Shown here: positions 23,242 through 35,124 of the stretch, in pieces
How positions within the stretch are numbered: position 1 is the first letter of the stretch
Layout: each line of letters begins with the position of its first letter
Source of the DNA: Phyllobates terribilis
Lineage: Eukaryota
DNA length: 64,000 bases
Assembly (NCBI RefSeq): GCF_046119375.1
Contig: NW_027362771.1
Location: 580,878,001-580,942,000, forward strand
Direction: 5' to 3'
Program-made: the position numbers and the translations under genes
Notes under the pieces: generated by a model
Databases searched by the model: none
Told to the model about the DNA's origin: nothing
What the model saw: the letters and a program-made list of their open reading frames with translations, nothing else

Positions 23242-25420
23242 GGACCACATCACATTTGAAGTCACTTTGAGGGGTCTTTATGAAAGAAAATACCCAAAAG
23301 TGACACCATTCTAAAAACTGCACCCCTCAAGGTGCTCAAAACCACATTCAAGAACTTTATTAACCCTTCAGGTGCTTCACAGGAATTTCTGGAATGTGGA
23401 AGAAAAAAAATGAACATTAACTTTTTTCACAAAAATGTTACTATAGACCCAATTTTTTTATTTTTGCAGGGGTAACAGGAAAAAAAATGGACCTAAAATT
23501 TGTTGCGCAATTTCCCCTGAGCACGCAGATACCCCATATAGGGGGAGGGGGGGTGGAATCACTGCTTGCGCGCACGGCGAGGTTCGGAAGGGAAGGAGCG
23601 CCACTAGACTTTTTGATTGTAAAATTTGCTTGAATAATTAGCGGACGCCATGATGCGTTTGGGGAGCCCCTGATGTGCCTAGACAGTGGAAGCCACCCCC
23701 CTCCCCCTAGTGACTCCATTTTGGAAACTACACCCCTCCAGGATTTTATCAAGGGGTATAGTGAACATTTTGAACCCAGAGGTACGGCACATTATTTGTT
23801 TACATTAGGTCATCATATTGAATAAGTTGTCATTAGTCTTGAGCGCAAGTGCTCGCTACTTGAGTTTGCATCGGGTACTCAGGTATGCACCATGTACAGC
23901 GTGTGCTCGAGTGACACGCTCGAGTCCCTGCTCCGCATGTTTCACGGTTATTAGACACCCAAAAAAAAAAACCACACATGAGGGGATCGCTCGTGCATGG
24001 CAGGCAATCCCCGCAAGGTTTTTTTTGGCTGTATAACAGCCGCAAAACATATGGGGTGGAGACTCGAGCACCCGCAATACTCAGTGCATACCCGGCACCC
24101 GATGCAAACTCAAGTAACGAGTACTTGTGCTCAACATTAGTCGCCATTTTTTTTTTTTCTTTACTTCTGAAAAAATCCCAGCCCTAGCACAACCCCAAAG
24201 GGTATTTACACCGTTCCTTGTACGGTATAAGTGATTAGATGTCTTTATACTTCAGGTCGGTGCGATTACTGCGATACCAGAATCATATGGGGTTTTTATG
24301 ACTGGCAGTTGTCACACACTAAAAGACGCTTTTCTTTGCAAAGACTAGTTTCTGCATCACCATATTTTGAGAGCTATAATTTTTCCATATTTCGGCCTCC
24401 AGAGTCATGTGACGGCTTGTTTTTTGTGGGACAAGTTGACGCTTTTATTGGTGACATTTTCTGATCGCTTTCTATTCCAGCTTTTGGGAGGCAGAATAAA
24501 CAAAAAAACAACAATTCGGGAATTGTTTTTTTGTTTTGTTTTTATGCCGTTCGGCGTGTGGTAAAATTGATGAGGCAGCTTTATTCTTTGGGTCAGTACG
24601 TTTACAGCGGTACCACGTTTATATTTTTTTTATATTTTGGCGCTTTTACACAATAAAGCTATTTTATAGAAAAAAAAATTGTTTTTGCATCGCTTTATTC
24701 TGAGAGCTATAACTTTTTTATTTTTCGGCTGATGGAGCTGTATGGCAGCTTGTTTTTTTTGCAGGACAAGATGACGTTTTCAGCGGTACCATTTTTATTT
24801 ACATTCATCTTTTTGATCGCGTTTTTTTCCATTTTTTGTTTGGCGGTATGATGATAAAGCATTGTTTTGTTTAGTTGTTTTTTTTTTTAATTTATTTATT
24901 ATTTTTCCCCTTCTTCCCACTTTGACATTTTTTATTACTTTTACGCTTTGTCCCACTATGGGACTTTCACTTTTTGCAGCCTGTTTTGCGGCTGTATAGC
25001 ACAGGCATGCAGAACCATCCCTGTGCTATGCAGTCTGTCAGCGCTGCAAAGGGAGAAGTTACTTTGGTCGTGCACTGCGCATGACCAAAGCAACTTCCTG
25101 CCTCCTGGTGACCCGGATGTTGTCATGATGACATCAGGTCACCATGGCAACATCCGGGACCAGACTCAGATGCCGCGGGACGCCGGCAGAGAAGGTAAGT
25201 ATCGCGCTTACCTCCTCTTGCCACCGGAATGCTGCGATCGATTTCGATCGTAGCATTTCAGGGGTTAATGTGCAGGGAGTGGTGCGGGACCGCTGCCTGC
25301 ACATTGTAACAGCTAACACCCGATGCTATCATCTGACACCCGGCGGCGATCTCTCCCGCACCGCTTGTGTGCGTGCGAAATTGCCAGGGTGTACTAATAC
25401 ACCCTGGCGTATTAGATCAT
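22790..25420. mobile_element. Non-autonomous Kolobok/T2-like composite element, copy 2, in YIPF2 intron
   Basis: Starts TTAA-cccctttacccccg; carries the same nested hairpin MITE (~23833-24140) at the same position as copy 1. Confidence 0.78.
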
Positions 25421-25792
25421 AAAAAAAATATATATATATATATATATATATCCAGGGGGCATTTCAGCATTTAGATACTTTATGTTATGTCCCCTGTAAC
25501 TGGGGCTTGTAAATTAGCCCCAGTTACAGGGGAAGTTCAGCCTCCTGGCGGCAGAGCCGACTGAACATCCTATAAACCAGCAGATCCTGCTCCCTCTCTG
25601 GATCCAGCAATCACATGATCGCTGGATCAGGAGCAGGATCCGCCATTAGCGCTTCCTATTACTGTGATTGAAAAGGCAGAGAAGATAGTAAACAGTCTCT
25701 GCCTTCTCTATGGGGGGAGTCTGGCTGTGTCTGACAACTGGCTCTGCTCAGCAGCTACACGATAGCGCACAGCTATGTATCTCCAGTTCTTA

Positions 25793-26209
<417 letters not shown>

Positions 26210-26417
26210 CTAAAAACGGAGAGATACCGTTAAAGGGAGGTGGTAGATCCCCTATAGTGTGCAGATAAGCGCACCTTACTCTGGTAATGATAGCCTTATT
26301 AAAAGGGTTCTCCTATATCATATCTGTGGGGTTCTGACACCTGGCACCCAAACTGTTCACACCCCAGCTACATAAGCATTGAACGTCAGGTACCGCATCT
26401 CATGTGTCCGGAGCCTA

Positions 26418-26711
<294 letters not shown>

Positions 26712-27095
26712 TTACAGCCGGCACGACCACAATAAAATGGCAGGTAGCGCCAGATCTCTGCCACACACAACGTACTATTAAAGGAGCCACCTGGAAGTAA
26801 AGCGGCTCTGGACATACCCTTTAAAAGTAAGAGGATACAGATGAGCAAATTATTTGCAGCAGTCTGATTCAAAGACCAGGACAGCCGTCCGTGACCGATA
26901 CACAGAAGCAGGGCTGTGGAGTCGGAGTCGGTGCTCATTTTGGTGGAGTTGGAGTCGGTATAAAATGGACTGACTCCGACAATATATAATAAATTGGGTA
27001 CAGTAGTTCAATGCAGAATGTGCTGAATATTTTTTCATAGGAATTTGGGAAAGTTATGAAATGTCCTATAAATGGCTGTTCTATTCCTGATCTAA

Positions 27096-27432
27096 GGCTA
27101 CATTCACACACAGCGTTTTTGCTGCATTTTTTGAGGATACGTTTTTCAGCTGCAAAAGCAGATCAGCTTTTTAAAAAACCGCATCACCTGAAAGGTTTTT
27201 GAGCTGATAGATAAAGTTTTCAATAGCAAAAGCAGATTAGAACAACGCCGCACAAACTGACATGCTCATTCTTTGTGAGGATCCGTTTTTGAGCCCAAAA
27301 ACGGATCCTCACAAAACGATGTGTCTGAATGTCCTATCTTGAAACCCATTGACTTTGCTGGGATGCCCAGAGTCACTGCATTTTACTGCAAAAAACGGAT
27401 CCGCAAAAACGCTGTGTGTGTGAATCATGGCC
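27096..27432. mobile_element. Harbinger-type MITE nested in the hAT
   Basis: TAA-ggctacattcacacacagcgttttt ... aaaaacgctgtgtgtgtgaatcatggcc inverted ends. Confidence 0.7.
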
Positions 27433-27774
27433 ATAGCCAGCGAGGGGCAGGGGGGGCAGCTGCCCCCCCTAGAAGCAGGGGCACGCACCTATCAAAACTC
27501 ACTTGTATGCTGCAGTGCTCCCGACTGCAGGGGGCAATCTCCCCTCCTCTGTCCTGTCTTATGCTGTCTTCACCAGAGAGAGGAGGGGGAGAGGTGCCTG
27601 CCCTGCACAGGATCCGATTCCTGAGCCCCGAGCTGGAGAAAGTGAGAAAGTGAAAGTACTACTGCTCATGTCTGTCACAGAAAGGTAACTAATGCTAATA
27701 TTGTAGGTGATTATTATGTGCTCTCTGTACAATGTGTGAACTATATGTGCAATGTACTATTTGCTGTCTGTAGC

Positions 27775-28095
27775 TGTCATCTGTCTATCACACTCTATCT
27801 ATCCCTCCATGTAGTCATCTATCTATCCATCTATCCTTTCATTTATCCCTCTATCCATCCATCCTTTCATCTATCTCTCCAGCTATCCATCCATATAGCT
27901 ATCATCTATCTATCTATCTATCTATCCTTCCATCTCTCCATCCCTCTATTAATCTATCTATTCCTCCATCTATCCCACTATCTGTATATCCATCCCTCCA
28001 TCTATCTATAACTTTATCTGTCTTATCTTATCTATCCATCCTTTCATCTATCCCTTCATCTCTCCCTCCATATGGCTATCTATCATCTATCTATT
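27775..28095 (+). repeat. Degenerate (TATC/CATC)n microsatellite
   Basis: Low-complexity tatc/catc run. Confidence 0.9.
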
Positions 28096-28819
28096 AACTC
28101 CTGGCATTTTCATAAGGGAGTGGAAGAACTTGCTATTTTGCCTGTCCCAAAGAGGAGGTTTAATTGCAGATGGCATTTCTGCTTCAATGAAACGGAGAGA
28201 GACACAGCTATTGGAAAATAACATTTTTCTGGCAGCTGTTTATGTGGACCTGAGTCATCGTATACTGCTTGATGATCAACAGCTTACTAAAGGAAAAGAA
28301 GCGCTGACTGAGGTAGCAGTTAGGATGAGTTGCCTACAGGAGGACTGCCAGGCGCAGGAGGACTTGGGTCCTGACAGTGCTACTGCTGCCATATCTTCAT
28401 CCTCATCAGATGAGGAGTTTGACTTTGACAAGTATTTGGATGACATGGAGCAGGCAAAGCGTTGCCGCAAGGAAAAAGATTTCACTCCATCTCCTATAGC
28501 AAGCAGATTGACCATATTTCAGCAAAATGATTCACTTGCTCTCAAAGAAATAGAAAAATTCAACCGTTCATCAAAACTGACTGTGCATGAAGCAATTCCT
28601 TTATACCCGGAAATTGCTAGAGATGTTGCCCATGTGGTTACGGCTTTGCCTCCAACCCAAGTTAGTGTAGAGGTTGTTCTCTAGCCTTAAAATTATTAGG
28701 TCAGATTTGAGGTCATCTATGAAGGAGGATCTGATGGAGGCAATTCTATTTATTAGAACAAATTCATAGACTGCACAAATGCTATTTAGTATGTTTTTGT
28801 TGAAAACTGGTTTTTGCCA

Positions 28820-29133
28820 CTTTCTGTATTTTCATGACTATGAAAATTGTACATTCACACTGAAGGCATCAAAACTATGAATTAACACATGTGGAATTAT
28901 ATACTTAACAAAAAAGTGTGCAAAGCAGTCATCAAAGCAAAAGGTGGCTACTTTGAAGAACCTAGAATATAAGACATATTTTCAGTTGTTTCACACTTTT
29001 TTGTTAAGTATATAATTCCACATGTGTTAATTCATAGTTTTGATGCCTTCAGTGTGAATGTACAATTTTCATAGTCATGAAAATACAGAAAAATCTTTAA
29101 ATGAGGTGTGTCCAAACTTTTGGTCTGTACTGT
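28820..29133. mobile_element. Tc1-derived fold-back remnant (about 100-bp inverted arms)
   Basis: 28820-28920 is the reverse complement of ~28993-29093; ends ...gtgtgtccaaacttttggtctgtactgTA. Confidence 0.75.
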
Positions 29134-29732
29134 ATATATATGTGTATTACATATTTACAATTTATTGCAGTTTGTGTTCTAAAGTTGTATTCCAATAAAT
29201 ATATTTTATGTTCTATCTAAATATCTTGATTATTGTATCATAAAAATGATTAAATGTCTGATGTTCACATTGTACTGCAATAAATTTTTCACTTAAATAT
29301 AAGCAATATATGTGGGAGTCGGAGTCGGTGTAAGGGAAATTGAGGAGTCGGAGTCGCAGGTTTGGCTTACTGACTCCACAGTCCTGTACAGAAGCTCAGC
29401 CAGACGCCTCCTACCTGCCACCATCCCGGCTCCTCTTTAGTCCTGATGTCTTAATGCACCAAGACTACAAATCAAAAGAGAACCGGGATGGCGGCAGGTA
29501 GGAGGCATTTCGCAGGGCTCTTGTCTGGTGGCCGCTGGAGTCCAGTGAATTGATTTGCTTTAATTAAAGGGTAAATATTCTACTAATGATAATACAACCG
29601 CAGCTCCCAGGAAATCCAGACGCTCGGTAACGCCATGAACGCATCCAGGGGATGTTACACCTTATGCCCGTCCAAAAATAAGAAGTCCCTCGTTAACCAG
29701 CCCCCATATAATGACGTCCTTATCTATGTAAG

Positions 29733-29904
29733 GGCGAAGTCAAACAGCCGTATTACTCGCATCGTAATCCTCGGACTGGACGTCGGCAATCCTCACCTGA
29801 GCGTGACAGCTGGATCGAAATACATGCTGTCACGCTCAGGTGAGGATTGCCGACGGCCAGTCCGAGGATTGAGATGCGAGTAATATGGCTGTCTGACTGC
29901 ACCC
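29733..29904. mobile_element. Nearly perfect palindromic MITE (Harbinger-like ends)
   Basis: Arms tattactcgcatc...gagcgtgacagc / gctgtcacgctc...gatgcgagtaata around a ~15-nt loop. Confidence 0.75.
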
Positions 29905-29965
29905 CAAGGATGGTTTCTGCTAGAGCTGCAGCACCCACCTATGTGCGGACATGTGGAGGACCCAC

Positions 29966-30046
29966 CTGAGAGGTGTCTACATCATAGAGGTCCTGGTAGT
30001 ACTGGAAAGTCCAGAAGCCGGAGGTTTTCTTCTGAGGTGCGAGGAG
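29966..30046 (-). CDS. YIPF2: YIPF2 coding exon 3
   Basis: 81 nt; LLAPQKKTSGFWTFQYYQDLYDVDTSQ (human GFWTFSYYQSFFDVDTSQ). Confidence 0.94.
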
Positions 30047-30120
30047 CTGAGAACAGAGAATAGGCCGTGAGATCTCACAGGGAGGTTGATATCTCCGGTA
30101 TTATGCAAGGGGCTGCGTAC

Positions 30121-30260
30121 CTCAGTCTGATCCGTCTCGCCCTCCTCCTCGCTGTCACCTCCCATCTGCAGCGTGGCATGCTGGGGTCTTGTCTCCTCGC
30201 TCACGCTCTTCGTTGCGGCATTTGGAGTTTCAGCGAGTAGGTCCGCTGCCTCATCGAACT
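30121..30260 (-). CDS. YIPF2: YIPF2 coding exon 2
   Basis: 140 nt; (E)FDEAADLLAETPNAATKSVSEETRPQHATLQMGGDSEEEGETDQTE. Confidence 0.93.
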
Positions 30261-30689
30261 CTGCACAGAGAGGGACATGAGCATCTTCTGTCTATTCGCT
30301 CTATTATTCTCTGTTATCAGCCATCTGAGCCTGGGGGGAAAGTCCGGATGGCATTCTAGACTGATCGGGTAAGAACCTAGATGACTGAATCCAGCAACTC
30401 CGTCTATGAGACCTGGCACTGCTCATATAACACCAACACTGTCCAACCGCCTAAACGCTGCAGTCAATCACTAACAGCAGCAGGTAAGCAGTATGATCCT
30501 GACAGGTCATCCATCAATGAAACTGTGGTGTGCTGATGGGATGCCACGTCCCCTGGGGGCTTAGTCAAAGCCCCCTCTGTTATCATCTTGGTCTTCAAGT
30601 GTAAGACCACCATAGGCTGGACCTTATAGGAGGCTGTGAATATTATTACTATGATAAACTGCAATAATGAACTGTGACATCGCAGATCA

Positions 30690-31960
30690 GAAGAGGAGCC
30701 GGGGTGAGGAGCGAAGAGGGGGCGAGGACGCCGCCAGACAAGAGGAGCCGGGGGAGGTGGGAAGAGGGGGCGAGGACGCCGCCAGACAAGAGGAGCCGGG
30801 GGAGGTGGGAAGAGGGGGCGAGGACGCCGCCAGACAAGAGGAGCCGGGGGAGCAGGGAAGAGGGGGCGAGGACGCCGCCAGACAAGAGGAGCCGGGGGAG
30901 CAGGGAAGAGGGGGCGAGGACGCCGCCAGACAAGAGGAGCCGGGGGAGCAGGGAAGAGGGGGCGAGGACGCCGCCAGACAAGAGGAGGCGGGGGAGCAGG
31001 GAAGAGGGGGCGAGGACGCCGCCAGACAAGAGGAGGCGGGGGAGCAGGGAAGAGGGGGCGAGGACGCCGCCAGACAAGAGGAGGCGGGGGAGCAGGGAAG
31101 AGGGGGCGAGGACGCCGCCAGACAAGAGGAGCGAAGAGGGGGCGGGGACGCCGCCAGACAAGAGGAGCGAAGAGGGGGCGGGGACGCCGCCAGACAAGAG
31201 GAGCGAAGAGGGGGCGGGGACGCCGCCTGACAAGAGGAGCGAAGAGGGGGCGGGGACGACGCCAGACAAGAGGAGCCGGGGGAGGAGGGAAGAGGGGGCG
31301 CGGACGCCGCCAGACAAGAGGAGCCGGGGGAGGAGGGAAGAGGGGGCACGGACGCCGCCAGACAAGAGGAGCGAAGAGGGGGCGGGGACGACGCCAGACA
31401 AGAGGAGCCGGGGGAGGAGGGAAGAGGGGGCGCGGATGCCACCAGACAAGAGGAGCCGGGGGAGGAGGGAAGAGGGGGCGGGGACACCGCCAGACAAGAG
31501 GAGCGAAGAGGGGGCGGGGACGCCGCCAGACAAGAGGAGCGAAGAGGGGGCGGGGACGCCGCCAGACAAGAGGAGCCGGGGGAGGAGGGAAGAGGGGGCG
31601 CGGACGCCGCCAGACAAGAGGAGCCGGGGGAGGAGGGAAGAGGACGCCGCCAGACAAGAGGAGCGAAGAGGGGGCGGGGACGCCGCCAGACAAGAGGAGC
31701 CGGGGGAGGAGGGAAGAGGGGGCGGGGACGCCGCCAGACAAGAGGAGCGAAGAGGGGGCGGGGACGCCGCCAGACAAGAGGAGCGAAGAGGGGGCGGGGA
31801 CGCCGCCAGACAAGAGGAGCGAAGAGGGGGCGGGGACGCCACCAGACAAGAGGAGCCGGGGGAGGAGGGAAGAGGGGGCGCGGACGCCGCCAGACAAGAG
31901 GAGCCGGGGGAGGAGGGAAGAGGACGCCGCCAGACAAGAGGAGCGAAGAGGGGGCGGGGA
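30690..31960 (+). repeat. GC/purine-rich minisatellite with 36-bp and 48-bp variant units, in YIPF2 intron
   Basis: Core gagggggcggggacgccgccagacaagaggagc plus or minus a 12-bp module; it explains the 400-500 aa ORFs in several frames. Confidence 0.96.
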
Positions 31961-32313
31961 TGACACCGCAGCCGGTGGCCACTGATTCCTAAGATGGTGG
32001 CAGGACCGAGCTCCTGGGAGCAGATGCTTTCATCTCTGTAGACTCTGGAAACCTAAAATTATTTATCCCATAAAGGTAAACGCCTTAGAGAGAGAAAAAT
32101 GTTACGGGGCTGGAAAACCGGCGAGGATGAAGAAAAACACATCGGAAAGTTGTAAGACACTAAATTAAAAAATAAATTAGAGACAGTGTAATGGCACCAG
32201 TCACATCTACAACTAGGGCAGCAAACAAAATACACAGTCCTGCTAATATAGAAGGAGGGAAAAATATATATATACGTATATAACAGCCAACGACATAGCA
32301 GTCCAGTACTTAC

Positions 32314-32344
32314 CTTGGAATTGCAGTTGGTCGGCAGACGCCAT
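32314..32344 (-). CDS. YIPF2: YIPF2 first coding exon
   Basis: aagATGGCG...CAAG|gtaagt; MASADQLQFQ (human MASADELTFH). The exons sum to 900 nt, i.e. 299 aa plus stop. Confidence 0.93.
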
Positions 32345-32747
32345 CTTCAGCGGCGTGACATCCCCGGATCATGTGACCACCGCAGCCCGACACCCACCGC
32401 ACTGCCAGCAGCTCCGGCCGCGTCACCACTCAGCGGACTGTACCAACTGCTCACTAACACGAGGGGTGCGATTTACTGCCATCCCACAACCAACCTACAG
32501 CAGCAGCTATAGGAGTAATTATTAGCATCACACTGAATCAATATCTTCCACTCGAAGCTCCGCAGATTTCATGTATAATGAATCATTAATATACCCTCCC
32601 TATGTAATATTTAAATAGGACAGTCCTTCCGGCACAAAAAAATGGAACTTCTTGAAGCGGCTATAGTCCCGTGGAGGAAAAAGTATTAGGATGCACCTAC
32701 TGAGAGTGTACGGAAACCGGAAGTGGCCTCAGCGGTGGAGGACTGAC
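32345..32747. promoter_or_regulatory. Bidirectional YIPF2/TIMM29 promoter
   Basis: Divergent ATGs about 400 bp apart; tandem ETS/GABP-type cggaaaccggaagtg at 32711-32725; YY1-type gccatctt at 32340-32347; CpG-enriched. Confidence 0.75.
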
Positions 32748-32862
32748 ATGGCCGGGAGGTGTGTAGCTGCTTTATTCAGGAGGTCGTGCTCCGGGACTGC
32801 GGCTCCAGTGGCTGCAGAAACCAAGCCAGGGTTTTGGGGGCGAATGAAGGACAAGAAGATGG
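32748..32862 (+). CDS. TIMM29: TIMM29 exon 1 (mitochondrial presequence-like N-terminus)
   Basis: MAGRCVAALFRRSCSGTAAPVAAETKPGFWGRMKDKKM(V), G|gtgagt donor; KPGFWGR resembles human KPGVWAR. Confidence 0.9.
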
Positions 32863-32989
32863 GTGAGTGGTGGCCATAGAGAATGTAGGTGATAAAGTAT
32901 AGGAGGAACACGTGGGGCCAGACTGACACTGACAGATCACTGGTGTAATGTAACCGAGCAAATCCGACAGGGGACTGATCAGCACATAA

Positions 32990-34085
32990 CTGTAATACTG
33001 CCCCTATGTACAAGAAAATAACTACTATAATACTGCCCCTATGTACAAGAAAATAACTACTATAATACTGCTCCTATGTACAAGAATATAACTACTATAA
33101 TACTGCCCCCTATGTACAAGAATATAACTACTATAATACTGCTCCCTATGTACAAGAATATAACTACTATAATACTGCCCCTATGTACAAGAATATAACT
33201 ACTATAATACTGCCCCTATGTACAAGAATATAACTACTATAATACTGCTCCTATGTACAAGAATATAACTACTATAATACTGCTCCCTATGTACACGAAT
33301 ATAACTACTATAATACTGCCCCCTATGTACAAGAATATAACTACTATAATACTGCTCCCTATGTACACGAATATAACTACTATAATACTGCCCCCTATGT
33401 ACACGAATATAACTACTATAATACTGCCCCCTATGTACAAGAATATAACTACTATAATACTGCCCCTATGTACAAGAATATAACTACTATAATACTGCCC
33501 CTATGTACAAGAATATAACTACTATAATACTGCCCCTATGTACAAGAAAATAACTACTATAATACTGCCCCCTATGTACAAGAATATAACTACTATAATA
33601 CTGCCTCCTATGTACAAGAATATAACTACTATAATACTGCCCCCTATGTACAAGAATATAACTACTATAATACTGCCCCCTATGTACAAGAATATAACTA
33701 CTATAATACTGCTCCCTATGTACAAGAATATAACTACTATAATACTGCTCCCTATGTACAAGAATATAACTACTATAATACTGCTCCCTATGTACAAGAA
33801 TATAACTACTATAATACTGCTCCCTATGTACAAGAATATAACTACTATAATACTGCTCCCTATGTACAAGAATATAACTACTATAATACTGCCCTCTATG
33901 TACAAGAATATAACTACTATAATACTGCTCCCTATGTACAAGAATATAACTACTATAATACTGCTCCCTATGTACAAGAATATAACTACTGTAATACTGC
34001 CCCTATGTACAAGAATATGACTACTGTAATACTGCCCCCCTATGTGCAAGAATATAACTACTACTGTAATACTGCCCCCCTATGT
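32990..34085 (+). repeat. AT-rich 35-36-bp minisatellite (tatgtacaagaatataactactataatactgccccc), about 30 copies, filling the TIMM29 intron
   Basis: Direct repeats visible. Confidence 0.97.
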
Positions 34086-34117
34086 ACACAACTACTTATT
34101 TTCTTCCTTTTTCTCAG

Positions 34118-34710
34118 TTATCTGGACGAGGAGCCTCTTGCGTGATTATAAGGAAGCCTGTAAGGATATTGTAGTGGGGGCCAGAGAGCGCCCCCTGAAA
34201 GCCTCGGTGTATCTGTCCCTGCTGGCAGGGGTGGGGGTCTGCTCGTCTAAAGCCCCCTCTGAGGACTCTTTTCAGTGTTCTCTCCTGGAAGCGTCGGCCT
34301 CTCTTCTTCTCCTTTCCCCTTGGACGAGGAGCGGGACGTCTGATGGCCACGTGCAGCGTCTCCTGGACCTGAGCCACCAGGGCCGCCTGCGCCACGTGAA
34401 GCTTCTGTGTCTGTCCCTGATGTACGAGGCTCCATATTCCCCGGACTGTGATCTGTACAACACCCAGTGCCCGCACCTGCAGCCCCGCCTGGCCGACTTC
34501 CCTGCCCGGGTGCTGGACGTCGGCTTCTTTGGACACTGGTGGCTTCTGAGGAATAAGATGAAGGACTTTGATATCAATGAGGACGAGTTCCGTCACCTTC
34601 CCTCCAGCATGAGAGCCATCTCCTACAGTGATCTGCACTCCGAGGAAAACGAGAAACTCTATCACATCAAATTCCAGCCGGTCATTATGCGTGAAGAAGA
34701 CCCCCAGTGA
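34118..34710 (+). CDS. TIMM29: TIMM29 exon 2
   Basis: ttctcag|TT; WTRSLLRDYKEAC...GRLRHVKL...LQPRLADFPARVLDVGFFGHWW...DINEDEF...LHSEENEKLY matches human TIMM29 (C19orf52). Confidence 0.95.
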
Positions 34711-35110
34711 CGGGATGGGGGGGGCTCTAGTATCCGGACTACTGTGTGCAGATTGCTGAGGTTATAGACTTGTGTTCAGACTCTGATCACACCGGCATCC
34801 ATTATAACACAAGCCACGCTGCTCTATACTGGAAATAAGCGGGGATTAGTGCACTTATAAGGAGTCTGACAACAGAATGGGACACATGCTCTTAAAGGGG
34901 TTGTCCAGAATTAGAAAATAAAGCTGCTTTTTGTAGAAACTGCACCATCCTGTCTACCGGATGTGAGTGGTATTGCACTTTTTTTTTTTTTTAATAAATA
35001 TTATCTAAAAGACCAGCGTCCGTTCTCCATCGCAGTCAGCTCTGCTGCTCTAACAGTATAAAAAAAAAAAAAAGCAATATATTTATTAATGTATTGTATA
35101 CCAGTTATCA

Positions 35111-35124
35111 CCACTAGAGGGCAG
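35111..35124 (+). promoter_or_regulatory. CTCF core motif, forward
   Basis: CCACTAGAGGGCAG fits the consensus CCACYAGRGGGCRS; binding untested. Confidence 0.5.

Larger units (their letters stand above)
26909..29386 (+). mobile_element. hAT transposon remnant with C-terminal dimerisation-domain fragment and nested inserts
   Basis: TIRs cagggctgtggagtcgg / tgactccacagtcctg; flanks cacagaag / tacagaag (8-bp TSD, one mismatch). ORF 28130-28684 ends ALPPTQVSVE and continues after a frameshift as FSSLKIIRSDLRSSMKEDLMEAILFIRTN. Confidence 0.88.

Noticed and set aside
30464-31982. ORFs of 187-500 aa on both strands
   Set aside because: Products of a 36/48-bp stop-free minisatellite inside a YIPF2 intron; no domain content or splice support.
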